From an uncultured Candidatus Saccharibacteria bacterium (GTDB lineage Bacteria > Patescibacteriota > Minisyncoccia > Phycocordibacterales > SBAW01), in assembly GCA_964650645.1 (NCBI GenBank), contig CAZYUH010000001.1:347032-411031 (forward strand): DNA of 64,000 nucleotides, read 5' to 3'. Positions 1 to 10,882 of this stretch are shown piece by piece. A program made the position numbers and the translations under genes. The stretch's first letter is position 1, and every line of letters starts with the position of its first letter. Under the pieces are notes generated by a model. It saw only the letters and a list, made by a program, of their open reading frames with translations. It searched no databases and had not been told where the DNA came from.

Positions 1-551
1 GCATCCGCTACACCGCTGACGGCTCGACCCCTAGCTGCTCCGTGGGCACCGTATACTCCGGCGCCATAACGGTAAGCGCAACAGAGACCGTGAATGCAAT
101 AGGCTGCGATACTGCTGGCAACGCATCGTCTGTCGCTTCGTTCGCCTACGTAATAGAATCAGCCTCGCGTAATCGCCGAAATGGCGGCGGAGGCGGGCGC
201 GTTTATGCGATCGCGGGCCCGGTTACGGCAACTACGCCAACGGTCCCGGTTGTTCCGGTAACGGGCACTACGGTTACAGGCGTCACGGTAACGGGCGGCT
301 CGGCAGCGCCTGCATTTGCCCGCAACCTCCAGGCAGGAATGAGCGGCACCGATGTCCAGGCCCTGCAAAAGTTCCTCAACGGCCGCGGCTTTATGGTCGC
401 GCTGGCCGGTCCTGGCTCGGCTGGGAATGAAACGACATTCTTCGGCGCTCTGACCAAGGCGGCGGTAGCCAAGTTCCAAGCGGCGAACGGAATCTCGCCT
501 GCGGTAGGATTTTTCGGCCCTATCACTCGCGCATTTGTGGCGGGAATGTAA
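1..551 (+). CDS. peptidoglycan-binding domain protein, 5'-truncated at window edge
   Basis: The frame is open from position 1; the track ORF 42..551 lies in the same frame. The C-terminus (...GMSGTDVQALQKFLNGRGF...GPITRAFVAGM) matches PG_binding_1-type repeats. A Thr/Val/Pro-rich linker lies upstream. Confidence 0.5.
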   Translation, partial: IRYTADGSTPSCSVGTVYSGAITVSATETVNAIGCDTAGNASSVASFAYVIESASRNRRNGGGGGRVYAIAGPVTATTPTVPVVPVTGTTVTGVTVTGGSAAPAFARNLQAGMSGTDVQALQKFLNGRGFMVALAGPGSAGNETTFFGALTKAAVAKFQAANGISPAVGFFGPITRAFVAGM

Positions 552-572
552 TCCGCCAGTATCCTTAAAAAA

Positions 573-598
573 CCGCCCCTCCCGGGGCGGTTTTTGTT
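573..598 (+). terminator. rho-independent terminator
   Basis: GC stem CCGCCCC-TCCC-GGGGCGG followed by a T-run (TTTTTGTTTG), directly after the stop at 551. Confidence 0.7.
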
Positions 599-615
599 TG
601 TGCTACCATGTGTGC

Positions 616-759
616 ATGAACTCGCGGCAAAAGAAGAGCTTCTCGGGCTTCCTGTTCGCGTTTATCGCCATTATCGCCGTAGGGTTCAGCATCCTTGTCT
701 GGGTGGGGCTTCGGGAGGACGCGATCGCGCCCGTTGACAACATAGCCCAGCCCAACTAA
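616..759 (+). CDS. small hydrophobic protein (47 aa), hypothetical
   Basis: ATG at 616 begins after the upstream terminator (MNSRQKKSFSGFLFAFIAIIAVGFSILVWVGL...). One predicted TM helix. No clear SD. Confidence 0.25.
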   Translation: MNSRQKKSFSGFLFAFIAIIAVGFSILVWVGLREDAIAPVDNIAQPN

Positions 760-889
760 AGTGGTGTCATAAGGGCCTAAGAAAGCCGGTAGCCGCAAGG
801 CGTTAATTGGCGAAAGCCATCCGGCCGAGGTCGAACCCAAGCCCTTAAAGGGCATTTTTCGTGCCCGAACTACACATAGAGAAACACCT
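760..889 (+). promoter_or_regulatory. putative rplJ (L10) leader region
   Basis: 130-nt untranslated stretch directly upstream of rplJ. L10 leaders are autoregulatory in many bacteria; no specific motif was verified here. Confidence 0.25.
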
Positions 890-1381
890 ATGGCGATTAC
901 CAAAGACAAGAAGGCGGAGATAGTAAAGAAGATAGAGGACATAGCGTCCAAGGCGAAGACCCTCGTATGGGTCCAGTTCAAGGGCCTTGACGTGGCCCAG
1001 CAGTCCGAGATGCGCAAGGCCCTGCGCGCGCAGAACGTCGGCTACACCGTAGCCAAGAAGACGCTTATGGAGCGCGGCCTCGCCAAGGCGGGGTACGAGG
1101 GCGCGGCGCCCGCGCTTGAAGGCGAGGTGGCAATGGCCTATGGCGAGGACGAGCTGGCGCCCGCGCGCGAGCTCGCGGTCTTCGTCAAGAAGTTCGGCGG
1201 CACGCTCAGCTTCGCGGGCGGCGTCTTCGGCGGCGCGTACGTCGATCGCGAGGGCATATCGGCCATCGCGGCCATTCCGGGCATGGAGGGCCTGCGCGGC
1301 ATGTTCGCGCAGGTCATCAACTCGCCGCGCCAGCGCTTCGCCGCAGTGCTCAGCGAGGTGGCGAACACTAAAAGCAACTAA
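890..1381 (+). CDS. rplJ: 50S ribosomal protein L10
   Basis: 163 aa, [59 protein letters not shown]..., typical L10 N-terminus. Followed 12 nt later by rplL. Confidence 0.95.
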   Translation: MAITKDKKAEIVKKIEDIASKAKTLVWVQFKGLDVAQQSEMRKALRAQNVGYTVAKKTLMERGLAKAGYEGAAPALEGEVAMAYGEDELAPARELAVFVKKFGGTLSFAGGVFGGAYVDREGISAIAAIPGMEGLRGMFAQVINSPRQRFAAVLSEVANTKSN

Positions 1382-1392
1382 CGAAAATTATC

Positions 1393-1752
1393 ATGTCTAA
1401 CGACCAGATCATCGAGGCAGTAGAGAAGATGACCGTGCTCGAGCTCAACACGCTCGTCAAGGCCATCGAGGAGAAGTGGGGCGTGTCGGCGGCCGCGGTA
1501 GCGGCGGCTCCGGCGGCGGGCGCTGCGGCGGGCGAGGAGAAGACCTCGTTCAACGTCCAGCTCGCCGACGCGGGCGCGCAGAAGGTCGCCGTTATCAAGG
1601 CGGTCAAGGACGCGCTCGGCCTCGGCCTCAAGGAGGCGAAGGACCTCGTCGATGCGGCTCCGACCATGCTCAAGGAGGGCATGAAGAAGGAGGACGCCGA
1701 CAAGCTCAAGGCGGCCGTCGAGGCGGCTGGCGGCAAGGTGGAGTTGAAGTAA
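1393..1752 (+). CDS. rplL: 50S ribosomal protein L7/L12
   Basis: 119 aa: N-terminal dimerisation helix, Ala-rich hinge ([17 protein letters not shown]), C-terminal domain ([24 protein letters not shown]...GGKVELK). Confidence 0.95.
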   Translation: MSNDQIIEAVEKMTVLELNTLVKAIEEKWGVSAAAVAAAPAAGAAAGEEKTSFNVQLADAGAQKVAVIKAVKDALGLGLKEAKDLVDAAPTMLKEGMKKEDADKLKAAVEAAGGKVELK

Positions 1753-1796
1753 GGAACTTTCCTCCCGCTCCGGCAGTTGCATAAGCGATTGCTGGT

Positions 1797-1840
1797 AACA
1801 CAGCGAAAGCCCCGCGCTAGGCGGGGCTTTCGCTGTGTGC
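1797..1840 (+). terminator. terminator-like long hairpin after rplL
   Basis: About a 17-bp stem (CAGCGAAAGCCCCGC/GCGGGGCTTTCGCTG) beginning ~45 nt after the rplL stop. The U-tract is weak. Confidence 0.5.
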
Positions 1841-1877
1841 GATACTTGCGCTTGGATCATAAGGAGAGGAGTGCTTT

Positions 1878-2096
1878 ATGGGATTCCTTAAGGCGAGGGA
1901 TATTATTTCCGGAAAGGCGCCGGAGCCGCGGCAAAAGCTCTGCGGGTGCGGATGCGGCAAGGCGCTCGACCCCAGGGTCGATGGCGAGCGTCCGAAGATC
2001 GACGGCGGGGAAGTGAGGGAAGACTGCTATTACGAGTCCATTGGAAAGGAGGTTGAAGATTGTCCTATTGGCGTGCCTCGCATCAGGCGCGGGTGA
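1878..2096 (+). CDS. hypothetical small Cys-rich protein (72 aa)
   Basis: Good SD (GGAGAGGAG) 6 nt upstream. Contains CGCGCGKALD...EDCYYE...DCPIG. Followed by a strong terminator. Confidence 0.5.
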   Translation: MGFLKARDIISGKAPEPRQKLCGCGCGKALDPRVDGERPKIDGGEVREDCYYESIGKEVEDCPIGVPRIRRG

Positions 2097-2100
2097 ATGA

Positions 2101-2132
2101 GCCCCGGCCGGATCGGCCGGGGCTTCTTTTTA
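2101..2132 (+). terminator. rho-independent terminator
   Basis: GCCCCGGCCG-GAT-CGGCCGGGGC stem followed by TTCTTTTTA. Confidence 0.75.
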
Positions 2133-2141
2133 TCCCCACTT

Positions 2142-2170
2142 TTGCCCAAACGCCCCCGGTTGCGTACAAT
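2142..2170 (+). promoter_or_regulatory. sigma70-like promoter
   Basis: TTGCCC, 17 nt spacer, TACAAT, ending 28 nt upstream of the ATG at 2198. Confidence 0.45.
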
Positions 2171-2197
2171 GCAGGGGTTGCTACCGCATCGCCTGAG

Positions 2198-2773
2198 ATG
2201 ACCGACCCGCTTATCAAACTCTTCGGGAGCCACGCCCGGCTCAAGCTCTTGCGGCTTTTCCTGTTCAACCCGTCCAAATCGTTCACCGCGGCCGACGCGG
2301 CGGCGCGCTCGCGCATTGGCGCGCCCGAAGCGCGCCGCGAGCTTCTTAACCTGGCGGCGGCGGGGCTCCTTAAAAAGGGGCGCACCAAGCTGACGCGCTA
2401 CGAGCTCAACGCCAAGTTTCCCTACCTGCAGGCGCTCAAGCAGCTCCTCCTTAATACCGCGCGCCGCGGCGACAGCGTGCCCGAGCGCCTGCGCGCGGCC
2501 GGCGGCATCAAGCTCATCATACTGACCGGCGTCTTCATGGGCGACGTGGAAGGGAGCTTCGACATGCTCATCGCGGGCGACCGCATCCGTGAGAGCGCCC
2601 TGCGCGAGAAGGTGAAGGGGCTCGAAGCCGAGCTCGGCCGCGAGCTACGCTACGCGCTCCTTTCCACCGCCGATTTTATGTACCGGCTCAATATGAACGA
2701 CAAGCTCGTGCGCGACGTGATGGACTACCCGCACCGCATCGTCTACGACCGCCTCGATATCGGCCTCAAGTAG
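2198..2773 (+). CDS. hypothetical protein, possible N-terminal winged-helix regulator domain
   Basis: The track ORF begins at 2060 but overlaps the upstream terminator, so the ATG at 2198 (MTDPLIKLFGSHARLKLLRLFLFNP...) is the more likely start. Function is inferred only from an HTH-like N-terminus. Confidence 0.55.
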   Translation: MTDPLIKLFGSHARLKLLRLFLFNPSKSFTAADAAARSRIGAPEARRELLNLAAAGLLKKGRTKLTRYELNAKFPYLQALKQLLLNTARRGDSVPERLRAAGGIKLIILTGVFMGDVEGSFDMLIAGDRIRESALREKVKGLEAELGRELRYALLSTADFMYRLNMNDKLVRDVMDYPHRIVYDRLDIGLK

Positions 2774-2885
2774 CCCGATCCTGCTATCCCCACGGGGGGT
2801 AGCGCGAGAGGCGCCGCTTGCTACAATTAATGAGGCGCCTGCGAGGGCGCGCTTTAATAGCATTACCATTAAATAGCATTTGCGT

Positions 2886-3569
2886 ATGATTCTTTCAGAT
2901 TGGGGAATGACGCTCCAGCAGTCCTTCAACAGCCTGCTCAGCGCGACCATAAGCTTCATCCCGAACCTCGTGCTCGCGATTATCATCTTCGTTATCGGCT
3001 GGTTCCTGGGCGTGCTCATCGGGCGCGTCATCGCGCAGGCCATCAAGGCCATCAAGGTCGACCACGCCTTGAAGTCCGCGGGCGTCGAAGAGGTGGTCAA
3101 CCGCGCCGGCTGGAACCTCAACGCCGGCGAGTTCATCGGCGCGCTGGTCAAGTGGTTCATCATCATCGTGTTCCTCCTTGCGGCGCTGTCCGCGATGGGC
3201 CTCACCTCGGTGACGCTGTTCCTCCAGTTCGGCCTCCTGCCGTACCTGGCGCGCGTCATCGTCGCGGTGCTCATCATTGCCATAGCGGCGGTCATCGCCG
3301 AGCTCGCGCAGTCGGTCGTGTCCGGCTCCGCCCGCGCGGCGGGCGTGCACTCGGCCGGCTTCGCCGGCACTGTGGCCAAGTGGGCTATATGGGTCTTCGC
3401 GATACTCGCGGCCCTCGACCAGCTCGGCGTCACGCCGTTCGTGCAGACCATCTTCACCGGCGTCGTGGTCGCGCTCTCCATCGCGTTCGGCCTCGCGTTC
3501 GGCCTGGGCGGTCAGGAGGCGGCGGCGCGCTTCATCGAGCGCACCCGCGGCGACATGAACGGCCGCTAA
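2886..3569 (+). CDS. integral membrane protein with repeated TM helices (conserved-TM-helix / small MscS-associated type)
   Basis: Four to six hydrophobic helices (IIIFVIGWFLGVLIG..., FIIIVFLLAALSAMG..., VIVAVLIIAIAAVIAEL..., AIWVFAILAALDQLG...). TTG at 2880 or ATG at 2886 are possible starts. Confidence 0.7.
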   Translation: MILSDWGMTLQQSFNSLLSATISFIPNLVLAIIIFVIGWFLGVLIGRVIAQAIKAIKVDHALKSAGVEEVVNRAGWNLNAGEFIGALVKWFIIIVFLLAALSAMGLTSVTLFLQFGLLPYLARVIVAVLIIAIAAVIAELAQSVVSGSARAAGVHSAGFAGTVAKWAIWVFAILAALDQLGVTPFVQTIFTGVVVALSIAFGLAFGLGGQEAAARFIERTRGDMNGR

Positions 3570-3616
3570 CCCGTATCCCTTTGCTCCAAGCCGTATCTCG
3601 GCAAGGTAAAGAGCGA

Positions 3617-3645
3617 AAAGCCGCCCCGGAAAGGGGCGGCTTTTC
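3617..3645 (+). terminator. rho-independent terminator
   Basis: AAAAGCCGCCCC-GGAAA-GGGGCGGCTTTT. Confidence 0.75.
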
Positions 3646-3684
3646 GCGCCGCCGCAGGCACCCCGGAGCCTTTATATGCATGGT

Positions 3685-3713
3685 TTGACACCCTATGGTC
3701 CCTGGTATATACT
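3685..3713 (+). promoter_or_regulatory. rRNA (23S-5S) promoter, near-consensus sigma70
   Basis: TTGACA (3685-3690), 17-nt spacer, TATACT (3708-3713), about 320 nt upstream of the 23S 5' end. Confidence 0.6.
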
Positions 3714-3786
3714 CGTAAGTGCAGGTATATGTTTACGACTAAGCAACCCCACGTGCGGCGATAGCCAAGCAACCTGTGTTGCTGCT

Positions 3787-3812
3787 GTCCCGCGAGAGCG
3801 GGATTTTTTAGT
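3787..3812 (+). terminator. terminator-like hairpin plus U6 inside the 23S leader
   Basis: TCCCGC-GAGA-GCGGGA followed by TTTTTT, about 75 nt downstream of the rRNA promoter -10. See findings. Confidence 0.4.
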
Positions 3813-3974
3813 CCAAAGCATCTGCGCCGACCGTTCGTTGACAATCTTCTTCCGTAACAAGAATTAGACACAAGCTGGCCCGCGGAGAAATTTCCCATCT
3901 GGGTCTTTTCAACTCCACGGAGTCAGAAAGGTAACGAAAATCAAAGCCCGCAGGAGCTAATCGGCCTGCGGGTA

Positions 3975-3992
3975 CAACAACAGATTATTGCG
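3975..3992 (+). other. 23S rRNA processing stem, 5' half (pairs with 7370..7387)
   Basis: CAACAACAGATTATTGCG is the exact reverse complement of 7370..7387 (CGCAATAATCTGTTGTTG). This bracketing is typical of an RNase III processing helix. Confidence 0.7.
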
Positions 3993-4024
3993 GTTCTCAA
4001 GCTTCCTTCTCTCCACACAAGAGG

Positions 4025-7342
<3,318 letters not shown>

Positions 7343-7369
7343 CCTCGTGGAGAGTGGAGGTTTGAGCAT

Positions 7370-7387
7370 CGCAATAATCTGTTGTTG
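7370..7387 (+). other. 23S rRNA processing stem, 3' half
   Basis: Perfect 18-nt complement of 3975..3992. Confidence 0.7.
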
Positions 7388-7424
7388 GAGAAGTTTGTTA
7401 CCTATGTTGATTGAATATTGTGTT

Positions 7425-7536
7425 TTGGTGGCTTGGCGCCGGGGTCACACCCGTTCTCATTCCGAACACGGAAGTTAAGCTCGGTAGCGGCGATGGTAGT
7501 GCGGGTACAACCGTGCGAGAGTAGCTAGCCGCCAGA
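7425..7536 (+). rRNA. rrf: 5S ribosomal RNA
   Basis: TTGGTGGCTTGGCGCCGGGGTCACACCCGTTCTCATTCCGAACACGGAAGTTAAGC...GAGAGTAGCTAGCCGCCAG matches the 5S consensus. Lies about 85 nt after the 23S. Confidence 0.9.
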
Positions 7537-7574
7537 ACAGGATATTCAATCAGCGCGCAAAATAGGAGACGTGC

Positions 7575-7718
7575 ATGGTAGAAGGCAGTCGGCTATTCGG
7601 CTGGATTATCATTGGAACACTCGTTCTTTTGGGTGCGGTGCTGGGGCGCTATCTTCACGCGCCTTCCGAAATAGCCGCAGGGCATTTCGCTCCGGCCCGC
7701 GTGCAGCAGCAAAAGTAA
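7575..7718 (+). CDS. small membrane protein (47 aa), hypothetical
   Basis: AGGAG SD 7 nt upstream of the ATG. MVEGSRLFGWIIIGTLVLLGAVLGRYLH... has a single TM helix. A terminator follows immediately. Confidence 0.35.
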   Translation: MVEGSRLFGWIIIGTLVLLGAVLGRYLHAPSEIAAGHFAPARVQQQK

Positions 7719-7722
7719 CGCC

Positions 7723-7768
7723 GCCCGGCTCTTTCAATCCGCCAAGATTGGAAGAGCCGGGCTTTTTT
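7723..7768 (+). terminator. rho-independent terminator
   Basis: GCCCGGCTCTT ... AAGAGCCGGGC followed by TTTTTT. Confidence 0.7.
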
Positions 7769-7785
7769 GGATATAGAATAGAGGC

Positions 7786-8526
7786 ATGGCACTTACGTGG
7801 AGCGGGCGGCGCAAGGCGCTGTATACCAGCGTAGCCGGAGTCATCGGGTTCATGATGCTCATCGTCGCGTACCAGGCGTTCTTCAGCGCGCCGCCCCTGT
7901 GCACGGACGGCAGGCAAAACGGCGACGAGCGCGGCGTGGACTGCGGCGGCTCGTGCGCGCTCGTGTGCTCACGCGACGCGCGCGCGCCGGTGGTGTCGTG
8001 GGCGCGCGCGTTCGAAACGGCGCCGCAGACCTACACCGCCGCCGCGTACGTGCAGAACAACAACCCCGGCGCGGGCGCGCGCCGCGTGGGCTACGCGTTC
8101 CAGCTCTTCGATGCCGACAACAAGCTCATCGTCGAGCGTACCGGCGCGGCGGACCTGCCGCCGGTGCCCACTATTCCCATCATCGAGCCGGGCATCAGCG
8201 TGGGGCACCGCACCGTGGCGCGCGCGCTGTTCTCGTTCTCGGCCGAGCCGGCGTGGGTAAGGGCGGGCGGGCTTCCGGCGCTCGCGGTGTCCGGCCAGAG
8301 GCTCGCCGCCGACGCTTCCCGGCTGGAGGCCACCATCTCAAACGACGCGTATTCCGACGCCCGCGCCACGGTGGCCGCGGTGCTGTTCGACGCAGACGGC
8401 GTGGCGCGCGCGGCGAGCAAGAGCACGCTCACCGTCCCCGCGCGCTCCTCGGCCCCGGTGGTGTTCACCTGGGGCATGCCCGCGGCGGGCGTCGTGCGGG
8501 GCGAGATAACCGTGCTTCCGCTCTAG
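7786..8526 (+). CDS. hypothetical membrane-anchored extracytoplasmic protein
   Basis: 246 aa with an N-terminal TM helix (VAGVIGFMMLIVAYQAFF) and a Cys-containing domain. The overlapping R-rich ORF 7797..8573 was rejected. Confidence 0.55.
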   Translation: MALTWSGRRKALYTSVAGVIGFMMLIVAYQAFFSAPPLCTDGRQNGDERGVDCGGSCALVCSRDARAPVVSWARAFETAPQTYTAAAYVQNNNPGAGARRVGYAFQLFDADNKLIVERTGAADLPPVPTIPIIEPGISVGHRTVARALFSFSAEPAWVRAGGLPALAVSGQRLAADASRLEATISNDAYSDARATVAAVLFDADGVARAASKSTLTVPARSSAPVVFTWGMPAAGVVRGEITVLPL

Positions 8527-8560
8527 GCGCGCAGGGCATTCGGGGCCCGCTTCGGGTACA

Positions 8561-9712
8561 ATGGCGCTTATGATGCCAACCCTCGCCAAGGCAAAGGAGC
8601 GCGCCGTCGACTGGCTCGCGCTGGGGGCCGCCGCGCTCCTCTCGCTTCTGGGCCTCGTCACGATGAACTCGTTCGTGCCGGGCGACCCGTTCTTCGCGCG
8701 CCAGGCGGTCTGGATAGCCATAAGCATCGCGGTCTATTTCGGCGCGTCGATGGTCGACTGGCGCTTCCTGCGCCGGGGCTCGTTCGCGGCGTGGGCGTAC
8801 GCCGCGCTCATCGTGCCGCTCCTGCTCCTCTTGGCGCTGGGCACCGCTATAAAGGGCGCCAAGAGCTGGCTTTCATTCGGCAGCTTGGGCATCCAGCCGA
8901 TAGAGCTCGCCAAGCTCGCGCTCATCGTCGCGCTTTCAAAATACTTCTCGCGTCGGCACATCGAGATCCGCAACATCCGCCACATACTCGTCTCGGGGGC
9001 CTACGCGGCCATCGTGTTCGTGCTGGTAGCGCTCCAGCCGGACCTCGGTGGCGCCATCATCGTCGGGCTCATATGGTTCGGCATGGTGCTCGTCTCGGGC
9101 ATCTCGCGCAAGCATCTCCTGCTCGTGTTTGCGGGAGGGGTCGTCGCCTTCAGCGCGCTGTGGCTGGTGGGCCTGCACGACTACCAGAAGCAGCGCATCA
9201 TGACGTTCCTGCACCCGCTCGCCGACATCCATGGCGCGGGCTACAACGCCTACCAGTCCACCGTGGCGGTGGGTTCGGGCGAGCTTCTGGGCAAGGGCAT
9301 CGGCTACGGGACCCAGAGCAAGCTGCGCTTCCTCCCCGAATACCAGACCGACTTCATATTCGCCGCGTTCGCCGAGGAGTGGGGATTCGTCGGCATCGGG
9401 ATAGTCTTCTGCCTGTACGGCGTCGTGTTCTGGCGCATACTGCGCGCCGCCGGCAGGGGAGCGAGCAATTTCGAGACGCTATTCGCCCTGGGCGTGCTCT
9501 GCTACCTGAGCGCGCACTTCGTCCTTCATTCGGGCATCAACATGGGGCTCCTCCCCGTGACGGGCACCACTATTCCGTTCATGAGCTACGGCGGAAGCCA
9601 CCTCATTGCCGAGTACCTGGCGCTCGGCATGCTCGCCGGCATGAACCGCTACTCGCGGGCGACGCACCGCGAGATGCTCGACAGGGAGTTCTCGGGCGGC
9701 TACGACCGGTAA
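8561..9712 (+). CDS. SEDS-family peptidoglycan glycosyltransferase (FtsW/RodA)
   Basis: 383 aa polytopic protein with characteristic FtsW/RodA/SpoVE blocks (QPSELAK-like GIQPIELAKLALIV, GYGTQSKLRFLPE, FIFAAFAEEWGF, PFMSYGGS). Confidence 0.9.
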   Translation: MALMMPTLAKAKERAVDWLALGAAALLSLLGLVTMNSFVPGDPFFARQAVWIAISIAVYFGASMVDWRFLRRGSFAAWAYAALIVPLLLLLALGTAIKGAKSWLSFGSLGIQPIELAKLALIVALSKYFSRRHIEIRNIRHILVSGAYAAIVFVLVALQPDLGGAIIVGLIWFGMVLVSGISRKHLLLVFAGGVVAFSALWLVGLHDYQKQRIMTFLHPLADIHGAGYNAYQSTVAVGSGELLGKGIGYGTQSKLRFLPEYQTDFIFAAFAEEWGFVGIGIVFCLYGVVFWRILRAAGRGASNFETLFALGVLCYLSAHFVLHSGINMGLLPVTGTTIPFMSYGGSHLIAEYLALGMLAGMNRYSRATHREMLDREFSGGYDR

Positions 9713-10677
9713 AGCCCGGCGGTCTGCCCGGCCATCCGCTCGAGCGTGAATTCGCCCATGTCCTGGGCGTCCAGTATCTCGCCGATGCCGCCGATGCGCG
9801 GCGCCTCTATGGGAAGCCCCGCCTGCCTGGCTTCCAGGAGCACGTAGGGGAGCCCTTCTTTGAGCGACGGGAGGGCGAATATATCGAAGCCCTTAAGCGC
9901 CTCTGCGGCCGGCATAAACCCGAAGAGCTTTACGCGGTCTTCGAGCTTGTACTCCCTGATTCTCTCTTCGAGCGCGCCGCGCAGCTCGCCCTCGCCGACA
10001 ATCGCCACGAACGCGCGGTCCCTGTGCGCCCGCTCTATGAGCGCCGCCTGGTTCTTGTTCCGGTTGAGCTCGCCTATGGTGCCTATGATGCGCGCGCCGG
10101 CGGGGAAGGCCGAGCGCACCGCGTCGCCGCTGCCGAGCTCCATGGGTCCGATGCCATTGTAAATGCGCGCCACCTTGCGCGCGACAAAGGGCATCTTGCG
10201 CGCCACTTTCGCGTCGAAGTCGGAAATGCATATGACGCGGTCGCACAGGAGCGCAGTGAGCCATGAGGCGGCCCAGATGAGCGCGCGCGCCGCCGTACTG
10301 CGCGGCTCCCAGAACGGCCAGCCGTGTGCGGTGAATACGACGCGCCTGGCGCCGGCGCACCATGCCGCAAGGGCGCCTATGCCGCCGGCCTTGCTCGAGT
10401 TGAGGTGCACGACGTCGGGGTTAATCTGGATGAACAGCCTGTACAGCTCGAAGAAGCTCTTGATGTCGGCTAAAAGCGAGACGTCGCGCTGGAGCGACGC
10501 GATGGGGCGCGTGGCTATGCCCGCCTCCTTCAGCCTTTGCGCGAGCAGGCCGGGCTGGCCGTACGCCACCGCCACGTCGAACTCGTCGCGGGGGAGCGAT
10601 GTCGCCAAATCGAACACGTAGCGCTGGGCGCCGCCCCAATTCGCTTTTGTTATAACGAAAAGAATCTTTTTTTTCAT
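9700..10677 (-). CDS. glycosyltransferase family 4 (GT-B, group 1)
   Basis: 325 aa: ...KILFVITKANWGGAQRYVFDLA..., C-terminal EGLPYVLLEARQAGLPI motif. Confidence 0.85.
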   Translation of the reverse strand: MKKKILFVITKANWGGAQRYVFDLATSLPRDEFDVAVAYGQPGLLAQRLKEAGIATRPIASLQRDVSLLADIKSFFELYRLFIQINPDVVHLNSSKAGGIGALAAWCAGARRVVFTAHGWPFWEPRSTAARALIWAASWLTALLCDRVICISDFDAKVARKMPFVARKVARIYNGIGPMELGSGDAVRSAFPAGARIIGTIGELNRNKNQAALIERAHRDRAFVAIVGEGELRGALEERIREYKLEDRVKLFGFMPAAEALKGFDIFALPSLKEGLPYVLLEARQAGLPIEAPRIGGIGEILDAQDMGEFTLERMAGQTAGLYRS

Positions 10678-10882
10678 ACAAAATCAAATTGGGTCGGACC
10701 ACCTACGGCCGGTCCTGCCTTGCAGGACAACGGCCGTTGCCCGAAGGGCACCGGAGAAAACAAGGAGCAGTCCTTGTTTTCTCCCCAATTCGTTTTCGTT
10801 ATTACGTATAAAACTTTCCTTTTAGCCATTCCGTTGTAGTATAGGCGAGCGAAGCCCGCGCCGCACGTAGTATAGTACCCCC

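Noticed and set aside
2900-3688. 262-aa Arg/His/Gly-rich ORF overlapping the membrane-protein gene in another frame. Similar R/A/G-rich ORFs occur at 7797..8573, 8791..10266, 14079..15599, 23954..25642, 24267..25736 and 31878..32669.
   Set aside because: Typical high-GC alternative-frame artefacts with extreme Arg/Ala/Gly/Pro composition, no motifs, and complete overlap with well-supported genes in another frame.
3838-3866. Second TTGACA in the 23S leader (candidate P2 promoter); analogous TTGACA at 17259 in the 16S leader.
   Set aside because: No acceptable -10 hexamer 16-18 nt downstream (GAATTA / GCCGGT).
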